A DNA stretch of 64,000 nt, taken from positions 2,375 through 66,374 of the forward strand of contig JACOUS010000026.1 of NCBI GenBank assembly GCA_016177735.1. Reading direction: 5' to 3'. The notes beneath the pieces were generated by a model. It was not told where the DNA came from, made no database searches, and saw only the letters and a list, made by a program, of their open reading frames with translations. The translations under genes were made by a program, and so were the position numbers. How positions within the stretch are numbered: position 1 is the stretch's first letter; every line of letters starts with the position of its first letter. The stretch is from Ignavibacteriales bacterium (GTDB lineage: Bacteria; Bacteroidota; Ignavibacteria; Ignavibacteriales; Melioribacteraceae). This document shows, piece after piece, positions 50,553 to 59,419 of this stretch.

Positions 50553-50595
50553 AAAAAAAAACTAATTAGTCATAGGTTAATTTCAAGTTTACTAG

Positions 50596-50681
50596 TACCG
50601 AGGGCCGGACTCGAACCGGCACGGGTGTGAACACCCACAGGATTTTAAGTCCTGTGCGTCTACCAATTCCGCCACCCCGGC
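50596..50681 (-). tRNA. tRNA-Leu (TAA)
   Basis: GCCGGGGTGGCGGAATTGGTAGACGCA-CAGGA-CTTAAAA-TCCTG, long variable arm, GGTTCGAGTCC; anticodon TAA. Confidence 0.96.
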
Positions 50682-50857
50682 AAAACGGAATGCAAATATA
50701 ATCTATTTTTTTATTTCCTTGCAATAATTATGTCTTTATAAATTCACTTAATGAAAATTTTATGAAGACTTTGCTAATGCTTAATACTACGCAGAGATGA
50801 AGAGAATATTTTTCGAATCGTGAAAAACTATTATTTGCACAGATAGTAGCAAAGCAG

Positions 50858-50865
50858 TATTTTTG
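50858..50865 (+). promoter_or_regulatory. Bacteroidota-type -7 promoter element (TAnnTTTG) upstream of tRNA-CAT
   Basis: TATTTTTG 13 nt before the tRNA; a divergent TATATTTG (minus, 50693-50700) lies before tRNA-Leu. Confidence 0.55.
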
Positions 50866-50878
50866 CATCACTTTTTAG

Positions 50879-50952
50879 GGGCCCATAGCTCAGTTGGTTA
50901 GAGCAGCTGACTCATAATCAGCGGGTCGGAGGTTCAAGTCCTTCTGGGCCCA
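50879..50952 (+). tRNA. tRNA with CAT anticodon, most likely tRNA-Ile2 (lysidine)
   Basis: GGGCCCATAGCTCAGTTGGTTAGAGCA-GCTGA-CTCATAA-TCAGC...GGTTCAAGTCC...TGGGCCCA. G1:C72 is paired, so not an initiator; C4:G69 and C5:G68 fit TilS substrates. Confidence 0.9.
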
Positions 50953-50958
50953 CCGCTT

Positions 50959-50988
50959 AACCCCGATTTTGTCGGGGTTTCTTCTTTT
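50959..50988 (+). terminator. Rho-independent terminator after tRNA-CAT
   Basis: AACCCCGA-TTTTG-TCGGGGTT followed by TCTTCTTTT. Confidence 0.7.
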
Positions 50989-51104
50989 AAAACTAAAAAC
51001 TAAAGTAGATACTGGATATAAGATTCTGGATGCCAGCAAAAACTACTTTGCAAATCTGCATGGTTTAATTATCATTACTTACCCTCGATATACCTTTAAT
51101 TCTA

Positions 51105-51647
51105 TCACACGTTGTACTTCATTTTTTTCTCTTCAACAGTAAGCCCAATTTTTCTTCTTGGTTCTTTAGGTAATGTTAGCAGCTGATTTATAGTTTCAAA
51201 AATCTCCGCTATCTGCTCATCATGCCTTTCTATTCTCAGTTCCAATTCTTTTAATTTTTGTGCCCGCTCTTTATGCGTAACAACTATTTCTCTTAAACGG
51301 ATAAAAGCACGCACAACCAAAATGCTTGTTTCACAGCTCACGGTGAATTAAGAACAGTTGCAAGTATAACTGCCCCGTGTTCTGTAAAAACATACGGTAA
51401 TGATGTGGAATGTTTAAGAGAATTGAACCGGTGCCAGTTGTCACCAGTTCATTTTTCTCAATTGCAGTTAATTGAAACATAAATTCCGGTGGAAATCTAT
51501 CAATGTTACGTTTTACTTGCCGGTTGAGATATTTAGTTTCAACACCCTACAACTCAGCTAAATCACGATCGAGCATTACTTTTTACCCGCGAATAATTAG
51601 AATTTTATTTTCGATTACTTTGCTGAGACAATCTCTTTTTTATTCAT
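51105..51647 (-). pseudogene. ORF6N-domain (phage-type DNA-binding) protein pseudogene
   Basis: Fragments IENKILIIRG*KVMLDRDLAEL*GVETKYLNRQVKRNIDRFPPEFMFQLT / LPYVFTEHG / VVRAFIRLRE...RRKIG, with several stops and frameshifts. Confidence 0.85.
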
Positions 51648-51709
51648 TTTTGTGTCTAATCTTTTTTTGCTATTTGCATAATTGAATACTATGCAATTCG
51701 TCCTTAGCA

Positions 51710-51946
51710 CTATTTGTTGTATTCTTCAATAGCAATACTCTGCAATTTTTCTTTCATCTCTTTTGGGAGAGTTACGGTTTCATAATACTTGCCGTCTTTG
51801 CCTTTTTCATCGGGAGCTGAAATAAAAAATCCATTTGAGCCGTTGACCAAACGGAATCCTTTAATAATAATGTTGTCGTTAGTTTGGATATCGAAGAAAG
51901 CGGAAGTTTTACCGCCGTCAAGTTTGTTCATCCTGATAATTTTCAT
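51710..51946 (-). CDS. spoVG: SpoVG-family nucleic-acid-binding protein
   Basis: MKI.RM..., AFFDI..., IKGFRLVNGSNGFFISAP..KGKDGKY; start at ATG 51946, behind GGAGG. Confidence 0.75.
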   Translation of the reverse strand: MKIIRMNKLDGGKTSAFFDIQTNDNIIIKGFRLVNGSNGFFISAPDEKGKDGKYYETVTLPKEMKEKLQSIAIEEYNK

Positions 51947-52526
51947 TGTACCCTCCAATTGCTGTTGATAATTAAATGTGTTTTTTACCCCCGACAATTA
52001 GAAGGAAGTGAAATAGTAAACCGACTAATTGTTTCCCTTAATTATAACCAATTAAGTACAAAAATAAAATATCCAGAGTTTGGTAAAATGAATTGTTGTT
52101 ATTCAAATTGCACGACCAACAAAGAGAATAAAAATTACTACCAAGCAACCACAGCATTAAAGAATTCGAACTCGCATAAAAAAATATTTTTGAAAACCGT
52201 GTCTCAAGTTTCTTCGAAAGAGTTATCAATACAGACTATCATTCTGATATAATGGGTGCCACATTTTTTTCTAATCGATATCTGAATTTTTTGTACGTAG
52301 TGCTTTCGCTTGCATGTTTTGCACAACATATGCTCAATCAACCTTAACATTTTGTGGCATCCTTGCGGCAATTAAATTGAATCATCTCCCCACCGTAACG
52401 CATTGCAAATGAACAACTTGATAGAAATTTTATTTGGTTGGCATTATGATTGTGATATAACCCGAAACTTAGTGATGATTTTAAAATCATTGCAGCAAAA
52501 AAATAGTTTATAAAAGTGAGGAAAAA

Positions 52527-53198
52527 ATGTTAACCAATTTTAGATCGATTAGTAAATACCGAGTAGAAGCACTCGACGGAAATGTGGGAAACATCCACGA
52601 ATTATTATTTGACGAACAGTCATGGATCGTCCGTTATATAGTTATAAACACAGGTAATCTTTTTATGAAAAATCTTGTGCTGCTTCAACCGGAAGAGTTT
52701 GTAAGCTGCGATACGGACGAAGAAAAATTTTTGGTCAACTTAACAAAAGAAGAAATCATTAACTCCCCCTCCGTTGAAGCAGTAAAGAAAACAAATTATT
52801 ACTGGCCAAATTATTGGGTCGGCACTCATCTTACATATGGCTGGACTCCGTTCAATCCTTATTCTAAAAAAATTTATACAGAACCCGGCATCAACAGCAC
52901 ACACGAGATGCACGTGTATAAAGTTAAAGCTGTTGATGAACAAATCGGTTCTGTTGATAATTTTATTGTAAATACCGAAGCGTGGTACATTAGTAATATG
53001 ATTATTAACACCGGGTTTTCTCTTCTGCCCGGTAAAAAAATTTCCGTTACTGCCGATAACGTGAAAGAAATAAACAATCAACAAAATTTTGTGCTGCTCG
53101 ATATGAATGCTCAAGAAGTAAAAAACTATCCCGGTTATGAGAGCAAAAAATCATTTAGACATATTATCGGCAGACCGGCTGATCTAATTACTTCATAA
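52527..53198 (+). CDS. Tandem PRC-barrel domain protein
   Basis: Two repeats of the V.A.D..(V/I)G.(I/V)......W.(V/I)...(V/I)INTG pattern. Confidence 0.8.
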   Translation: MLTNFRSISKYRVEALDGNVGNIHELLFDEQSWIVRYIVINTGNLFMKNLVLLQPEEFVSCDTDEEKFLVNLTKEEIINSPSVEAVKKTNYYWPNYWVGTHLTYGWTPFNPYSKKIYTEPGINSTHEMHVYKVKAVDEQIGSVDNFIVNTEAWYISNMIINTGFSLLPGKKISVTADNVKEINNQQNFVLLDMNAQEVKNYPGYESKKSFRHIIGRPADLITS

Positions 53199-53226
53199 TA
53201 TGAAGTCGAATAAATTCTGAGAAACA

Positions 53227-53252
53227 GAAAAAGCCGCATGAGCGGCTTTTTC
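53227..53252. terminator. Bidirectional terminator between convergent PRC-barrel gene and htpG
   Basis: GAAAAAGCCGC-ATGA-GCGGCTTTTTC. Confidence 0.8.
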
Positions 53253-53272
53253 ATTTATACTATTTCTTGCAG

Positions 53273-55180
53273 CTAAATATTTTTTAGAGTACAGTACCAA
53301 TCACTCGACTGTTCTAACAAATTATTAATCTTTTTTACCAAAGCATGTGTGTCATCCAAATTACCATCTTGCAATTGAGCAGTTTCAAATAATTGCTCGG
53401 CTGTATTTTTTATATACTCATCATTGGAATCTTTTTTAAAAACTTTTAACAAGTTGCGCGTTAGTTTGTGATTAGGGTTGATCTCAAGAATTTTTTGGGG
53501 AGACTCCGTGTTTTGATTTGCCATCTTCAAAATTTTCTGCATCGAAGCAGACATTACATCATCTCCCGAAATCAAACATGCGGCGCTTTCTACCAATCTT
53601 TTAGATTCCTTCACATCAACTACTTTATCGCCGATTATTGATTTTATTTTTGCAAGCATAATGCTGAAATGTTTTGCTTCTTCATCCGTAAGCGCTTCAA
53701 ACTTTTGCTCTTGTTCTTCAACATTTGGAAGCTCATCAAATTTTTTCAGATCAATTGTGTCGGCTGATTTGAAATCATAATCTTTATACTTTCTCAAAGA
53801 AGAAACAACAAACTCATCAACCGGATCGGGCAAGAAGAGAACTTCGAGACCTTTCTTTTTGAAAATTTCCATATGCGGATCAGCCATCATTGCTTCGCGT
53901 GTTTTGCCGCAGATGTAATAAATTTCTTTCTGTTCATTCTTTGCACGCGACACATAATCTGCAAGCGGAACCAACTCGTCTTTATCTTGGCAATTGGTAG
54001 AATTAAATCGCAGCAGTTCTAAAATTTTTTCATGATTTAGAAAATCAGTGTAGCCGAGTTTCAGAATTTTCCCGTGTTCACTCCAAAACTGTTTGTACCA
54101 TTCGGCATCGTTCTTTGCTTTATCGAGTAAATGAGAAAGAATATTGTTTGTAACGCTCGAAGAAATTTTATTAAATACCACATTTTCCTGAAGTGTTTCG
54201 CGCGAAATGTTGAGAGGCAAATCTTCCGAATCAACAACTCCTTTTACAAAGCTTAAATATTCCGGAAGAATATCTTTGTTTTTGTGCTGGATAAGTACAC
54301 GCCGGACATATAAATCGAGTCCGTAATTTTCTCTGTCATGCCAGAAAAACTCAAAACTCTTTATGGGAATAAACAAAAGCGCATTGAATTGAATCGGTGC
54401 ATCAACGGATTTATGAATCACGTCCATCGGTGCATCTGTATCATGAGACAAAAATTTATAAAACTCTTCGTACTTTTCTTTTGTAATAGAACTTTTCGGC
54501 TCGCGCCAAATTGCACTGATCGTGTTAATTTTTTCTTTGTTCAAAAAAATCGGGAAAGAAATAAAACTGGAATGTTTCTTAATTATGCTTTCAAGTTTCC
54601 ATTTTTCCGCAAATTCTTGCGCATCATCTTTTAAATGAATTTCAATCTTAGTTCCCCGTTCAATCTTTTCATTGAGTTCGCAAATTTCGTAATCGCCGAG
54701 CCCGTCTGATTTCCACTCGACTGCCGGTTCATCTTTTTTGAATGACTTTGTTTTGATGACAATTTCTTTTGCAACCATGAATGCCGAATAAAAACCGATA
54801 CCGAATTTGCCGATGATGTTATTTGCATCAATTTTTGTTTCGGAAATCATCTTCACAAATTCTTCCGTGCCGGATTTTGCAATTGTTCCGATGTTTGTGA
54901 TTACTTCATCGTGAGTCATGCCGATCCCAGTATCGGAAATTGTTAGCATCTTTTTCTCGCTGTCGAAATCAACATTAATTTCGAGTAGTAAATCTTTGCC
55001 GGCAATTTCAGTTCCACGGTTGGATTCGAATCTTAATTTATCAAGTGCGTCGGATGAGTTGGAAATTAATTCGCGTAGAAAAATTTCGCGGCTCGTATAG
55101 AGTGAATGGACTAAAATATCAAGCAGTTTTTTTATCTCGGCTTTGAATTCATATTTTTTTGTGTTGGCGATTTCGCTCAT
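53273..55180 (-). CDS. htpG: Chaperone HtpG (Hsp90)
   Basis: FLRELISNSSDA, DTGIGM, GTIAKSGT, IGKFGIGFYS, DSEDLPLNISRE, LEINPNH. Start reassigned to ATG 55180, behind GGAGG. Confidence 0.97.
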   Translation of the reverse strand: MSEIANTKKYEFKAEIKKLLDILVHSLYTSREIFLRELISNSSDALDKLRFESNRGTEIAGKDLLLEINVDFDSEKKMLTISDTGIGMTHDEVITNIGTIAKSGTEEFVKMISETKIDANNIIGKFGIGFYSAFMVAKEIVIKTKSFKKDEPAVEWKSDGLGDYEICELNEKIERGTKIEIHLKDDAQEFAEKWKLESIIKKHSSFISFPIFLNKEKINTISAIWREPKSSITKEKYEEFYKFLSHDTDAPMDVIHKSVDAPIQFNALLFIPIKSFEFFWHDRENYGLDLYVRRVLIQHKNKDILPEYLSFVKGVVDSEDLPLNISRETLQENVVFNKISSSVTNNILSHLLDKAKNDAEWYKQFWSEHGKILKLGYTDFLNHEKILELLRFNSTNCQDKDELVPLADYVSRAKNEQKEIYYICGKTREAMMADPHMEIFKKKGLEVLFLPDPVDEFVVSSLRKYKDYDFKSADTIDLKKFDELPNVEEQEQKFEALTDEEAKHFSIMLAKIKSIIGDKVVDVKESKRLVESAACLISGDDVMSASMQKILKMANQNTESPQKILEINPNHKLTRNLLKVFKKDSNDEYIKNTAEQLFETAQLQDGNLDDTHALVKKINNLLEQSSDWYCTLKNI

Positions 55181-55298
55181 AGATTCCTCCATAGATAAAA
55201 TTGTAATAACAGATTTATTTCCATTAAGCAGAAACGAACAGCACAAAATTACATGCTGCAGTCTTTTTGAAAAGCGGGATATTCTTGGATAAGATTAA

Positions 55299-55463
55299 TT
55301 ACTCAGCTTTTTTGTTTTCGTTCGAATCGTCTTCGTGCATTCCTTTTTTGAACTGCTTAACTCCTTGTCCGAGCCCTTTCATCAGTTCCGGTATTTTTTT
55401 GCCGCCAAATAAAAGTATTAACACGAGAACAATAAGTATTATTTCTGTTGCACCGAGGTTCAT
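55299..55463 (-). CDS. tatA: Twin-arginine translocase subunit TatA/E (54 aa)
   Basis: Below the ORF-track cutoff. MNLGATEIILIVLVLILLFGGKKIPELMKGLGQGVKQFKKGM carries the FG.KK.PEL..GLG signature. Confidence 0.93.
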   Translation of the reverse strand: MNLGATEIILIVLVLILLFGGKKIPELMKGLGQGVKQFKKGMHEDDSNENKKAE

Positions 55464-55714
55464 ATTACTTCCCAAATTTTGTGACCAAATATATGATTTA
55501 TTTCAATCGCTTTCATAAGAAAAAATAATCGCGCTGAAATTATTGCTGCTTTCCAAATCAGATTTATCAGAGTATTCTTATTCCCAATAGCACACTGATT
55601 TAACTGATTAAACGGATTCAAACTGGTAAGAAAAGTGAAGCAACAAAAACAGTTTCAATACAATTTAGTAACTTTGCGGCGGCTATTTCTATTACAAATT
55701 TCTGAATAAAATTT

Positions 55715-57055
55715 TTGACAAATCTAAAACTTCATATAAAAGAAACTGCAAAGCTCGCCGCACCCATTTCATTAGGACAGCTAGGACATATAATGATGGG
55801 TGTTGTTGACAGCATAATGGTCGGGAAAATCGGTTATGCGCCTCTTGCAGCGGCATCACTTGTAAACGGATTATTCTTTTTGGTGCTCGTTATCGGCATC
55901 GGAATGTCGTGGGCTTCAACACCGCTCATCGCAATTGCAAAAGGGGAAAACAAAGAAGCCGAGTGCGGAAAAATTTTAAATCATTCATTGGTTGCAAATC
56001 TTTCGACATCAATTCTAATCTTTGCAGCAATCTATTCTTTGTCATTTTTAATCCCGTATATGAATCAGCCGAAAGAGGTTGCTCTGCAAGCCGTACCGTA
56101 TTTAAAAGTTTTGACATACTCAATTTTTCCGTTTGTAATTTTCCAGTGTTACAGACAATTTCTCGAAGGAATTTCTCTGCCCAATTTCCCGATGATAATT
56201 GCTGTTGCCGCAAATTTTTTAAACGCTTTTTTGAATTGGGTTTTCATTTATGGAAATCTTGGAGCCGAAAAAATGGGATTGTACGGCGCCGGTTTGGCTA
56301 CAACTATTACAAGATATGTTATGGCTGCCGCACTTTTTCTATCTGTTATTTACTACAAAAAAATTTCTAATTATAAACCGGCACTTAATTTCAAAAATAT
56401 TGACAACCATCTGCTGAAAAAATTATTCCGCATCGGTCTGCCAAGCGGCTTTCAATATTTTTTGGAGATCGGATGTTTTTCATTTGCAACAATTATGGTC
56501 GGCTGGATCGGAAGCAAACAACAAGCGGCACATCAAATAGCTTTAAATCTTGCATCGCTCACTTACATGGTTATGCTCGGTATTTCTGCCGCCGGAACAA
56601 TTAGAGTGGGGCATGCGCTTGGCAAAAAAAATGTTGATGAAATCCGGCTCGCCGGTTTTACGGCAATCGGACTTTCATTGGCACTGATGTTTTTATTCGC
56701 AGTAATTATGCTCTTGTTCAAAAACATATTGCCGACATTTTATAACAACAATCCGGAGGTTGTATCATATGCAAGTGCGCTGTTAATTATCGCCGGTATG
56801 TTTCAATTGTTTGACGGATTGCAAGCTACCGGAGTTGGAATTTTGCGCGGCTTAACAGATGTAAAAGTTCCGATGTACACTTCACTTTTTTCATATTGGG
56901 TTATTGCAATTCCGGTTGCATTTCTACTTGCTTTCATTTTTAAATTGGGTGTGCTCGGCGTTTGGATAGGCTTGCTGCTTGGCTTGGCATCTGTTGGAAT
57001 AATTCTTTTTGTGAGATTCAATATAAAAAGTAGAGAAATAAATCCGGCTGATTAA
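55715..57055 (+). CDS. MATE family efflux transporter
   Basis: LAAPI, VDSIMVG, GLYGAGLAT, GLPSG.Q...E, AAHQI, FQLFDGLQ; 12 TM. Confidence 0.93.
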   Translation: MTNLKLHIKETAKLAAPISLGQLGHIMMGVVDSIMVGKIGYAPLAAASLVNGLFFLVLVIGIGMSWASTPLIAIAKGENKEAECGKILNHSLVANLSTSILIFAAIYSLSFLIPYMNQPKEVALQAVPYLKVLTYSIFPFVIFQCYRQFLEGISLPNFPMIIAVAANFLNAFLNWVFIYGNLGAEKMGLYGAGLATTITRYVMAAALFLSVIYYKKISNYKPALNFKNIDNHLLKKLFRIGLPSGFQYFLEIGCFSFATIMVGWIGSKQQAAHQIALNLASLTYMVMLGISAAGTIRVGHALGKKNVDEIRLAGFTAIGLSLALMFLFAVIMLLFKNILPTFYNNNPEVVSYASALLIIAGMFQLFDGLQATGVGILRGLTDVKVPMYTSLFSYWVIAIPVAFLLAFIFKLGVLGVWIGLLLGLASVGIILFVRFNIKSREINPAD

Positions 57056-57070
57056 AAATCAGAAAAAATT

Positions 57071-57538
57071 TTATTCTACGTTTTTCATCCTTCGAAAATT
57101 TTTTACATCCCTCTTCATTGCCAAAAGAATTCCGGTTAAACCGAGATTCTTCCCCATCGAAAGACTTTGACCGAAAATTTTATAAACGATGTCATCGGGC
57201 ACACTCAAAATACTTTCTTCTGTTTCACCAGAGAGAGTATCATCAAAAATTTTTGCGAGAGCCATTGCGGAAATGCCGTGCGGATTTTCAACATCGAAAT
57301 AAAATTTGAACGTACTATTAGGCTCCGCTAAAGTCCAAACGTATGCCCCTGACTCACAATACTCTACCTTATTTTCCGGCGGATACGGTTTAACAGAAAT
57401 ATTTTCGGGCACACGTTTGAACTTTTCGGCATAATCAATTAAAAAATTAATCCGGTCGTTAAAGTTATCGTAATATTCAATTATCTCAAGAAATTCATGC
57501 AAACGTACCGGATATTTTCCACCATTTGTTTCTTCCAT
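57071..57538 (-). CDS. sufE: SufE-family sulfur acceptor protein
   Basis: NKVEYCESGAYVW (SufE V..C.S..W), final LSMGK..GL helix. Start reassigned to ATG 57538. Confidence 0.8.
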   Translation of the reverse strand: MEETNGGKYPVRLHEFLEIIEYYDNFNDRINFLIDYAEKFKRVPENISVKPYPPENKVEYCESGAYVWTLAEPNSTFKFYFDVENPHGISAMALAKIFDDTLSGETEESILSVPDDIVYKIFGQSLSMGKNLGLTGILLAMKRDVKNFRRMKNVE

Positions 57539-57552
57539 AAAAAAACCCAAAA

Positions 57553-58416
57553 CTACTTTTCGATTGGTACACCAACCATGTTGCCCCATTCCGTCCAACT
57601 GCCGTCGTAATTTCTTACATGATTGAAACCAAGCAAATAAGTAAGTACAAACCAGGTGTGGCTGCTTCTTTCGCCGATGCGGCAATATGCTATAACATCA
57701 TCATCGGGATTCAAGTTATTGTCAATCTCGTAAAGTTTTTTCAACTCATCAAAAGTTTTAAATGTGCCGTCTTCGGGATTAATAGCTTTTGCCCACGGAA
57801 TGTTTGCCGCACCCGGTATATGACCTCCGCGCAATGCACCTTCGTTCGGATATTCCGGCATGTGAAGTCTTTTGCCGGTGTATTCTTCCATACTCCGCAC
57901 ATCAACCAACGGCAGATTGTTTTTGATGTGTTCCATTACATCATCCCTGAATGCACGAATGCCATGATCGTTGCGCATTGGAGCTTTATAATTGGTTCGG
58001 GAATATTTCGGAACATCTTTGATCATCTGGCGATTTTCTTTTTCCCATTTTAATCTTCCGCCGTCCATTACCGCCGCTTTTGTGTGACCGAAAAGCTGGA
58101 AGATCCAAAATGCATAACAAGCCCACCAATTATTTTTATCGCCGTAAAAAATAACGGTAGTATCGTTATCTATTCCATTTGCAGACATCAGTTTTTCAAA
58201 ATTTTCTCTGCTCACATAATCGCGTATCATTTGATCGTTGAGATCTACTGTCCAATCAATTTGCACTGAGCCCGGCAAGTGTCTGCTCGGATAGAGAAGC
58301 AAATCTTCATTGGACTCAACGATTCTTACTCCCGGGTCGTTCAAATGTTCATTAACCCAGTCTGTAGTAACAAGCATATCAGAATGGACATAAACATGAT
58401 CAAGTACTTCTTGCAT
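57553..58416 (-). CDS. Two-domain rhodanese / thiosulfate sulfurtransferase (SseA-like)
   Basis: LVTTDW, MDGG..KW, DVRS.EEY.G, GHIPGA, active-site [17 protein letters not shown]. Confidence 0.93.
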   Translation of the reverse strand: MQEVLDHVYVHSDMLVTTDWVNEHLNDPGVRIVESNEDLLLYPSRHLPGSVQIDWTVDLNDQMIRDYVSRENFEKLMSANGIDNDTTVIFYGDKNNWWACYAFWIFQLFGHTKAAVMDGGRLKWEKENRQMIKDVPKYSRTNYKAPMRNDHGIRAFRDDVMEHIKNNLPLVDVRSMEEYTGKRLHMPEYPNEGALRGGHIPGAANIPWAKAINPEDGTFKTFDELKKLYEIDNNLNPDDDVIAYCRIGERSSHTWFVLTYLLGFNHVRNYDGSWTEWGNMVGVPIEK

Positions 58417-58522
58417 AGTTTTACCCTTTCTAATAATTGTTGGTGTAGTGATTTAAAAACTTTATTTTTGCCGACATTAAATGTAACCGTAATTAATCTA
58501 TCAAAGTTCATCAAGGAACTGA

Positions 58523-59419
58523 ATGCGTTTTGCTCCTTTATTTGTTATCGTTGCCGCAAGTTTATGGGGGATCGACGGCATTGTCTTGAGACCCGCTCTT
58601 TACGGTCTGCCCGTTCCGCTTGTTGTTTTTATTGAAAGCACAATTGTTGCAATTCTTCTTTCTCCAATTTTTATTAAAGATTTTAATGTGATCAAAAAAT
58701 TGAACAAGAAAGATTGGCTTGCATTTTTCGGAGTTGCTTTCTTTGGCGGTGCAATAGGCACAATGGCAATCACAAAAGCATTGTTCTATGTTAATTTTGT
58801 AAATCTATCCGTTGTAATTCTGATTCAAAAATTACAGCCGGTTTTTGCAATTATTCTCGCCGCACTTTTTTTAAGGGAACAGTTAACAAAAAAATTTTTC
58901 CTTTGGTCAGGTCTTGCAATTATCGGCGCATATTTAATGACGTTCGGCTTCAATCTCCCAAATTTTAGTACAGGTGATAAAACAACAATTGCTGCGCTGC
59001 TTTCATTAATTGCCGCAATCAGTTTTGGTTCATCGACAGTTTTCAGCAAACGCGCATTGAGAAACGTAAACTATGCAACCGGAACATACTTAAGATTTTT
59101 GCTCGCTGCACTAATTATGTTGTTGCTCGCAAGTTTTTATGGTGATATCGCGAACATAAACTCTGTTTCAAATACTCAATGGGGAATATTTTTATTGATT
59201 GCATTTACAACCGGCGGAGCCGCAATCTTTCTTTATTACTACGGATTGAAAAACATTTCCGCATCGGTCGCGACAATTTGCGAACTTGCATTCCCGTTAA
59301 CTGCAGTAATCCTCGATTATTTTCTTCACGGAAATGTTTTGAATGCAGTTCAGTGGTTTGGCGTTGTTGTGTTGATTGCAAGTATTCTTAAAGTGTCGTA
59401 CATAAAAGTTACACAATAA
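58523..59419 (+). CDS. DMT/EamA family transporter
   Basis: Two EamA-like repeats, 10 TM; LWG, QKLQPVF, YYYGLK...AS.ATI.EL.FP. Confidence 0.88.
   Translation: MRFAPLFVIVAASLWGIDGIVLRPALYGLPVPLVVFIESTIVAILLSPIFIKDFNVIKKLNKKDWLAFFGVAFFGGAIGTMAITKALFYVNFVNLSVVILIQKLQPVFAIILAALFLREQLTKKFFLWSGLAIIGAYLMTFGFNLPNFSTGDKTTIAALLSLIAAISFGSSTVFSKRALRNVNYATGTYLRFLLAALIMLLLASFYGDIANINSVSNTQWGIFLLIAFTTGGAAIFLYYYGLKNISASVATICELAFPLTAVILDYFLHGNVLNAVQWFGVVVLIASILKVSYIKVTQ

Noticed and set aside
35199..51647. Stop-codon reassignment suggested by in-frame TAA/TAG/TGA in the RelE and ORF6N genes
   Set aside because: All three stops terminate normal genes throughout the window, and frameshifts accompany the stops, so this is pseudogenisation.
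51884..52252. ORFs 51884-52252 (+) and 52038-52229 (-) in the spoVG / PRC-barrel intergenic region
   Set aside because: No recognisable motif or RBS, composition is not protein-like, and one overlaps spoVG.
55181..55298. CIRCE element upstream of htpG
   Set aside because: No TTAGCACTC-N9-GAGTGCTAA match seen.
16325..57685. ORF-track starts for actD-E (16382), rny (42860), spoVG (51997), htpG (55246) and sufE (57685)
   Set aside because: The extensions overlap neighbouring genes or RNAs, or lack family-like sequence; downstream ATGs with better RBS or spacing were preferred.
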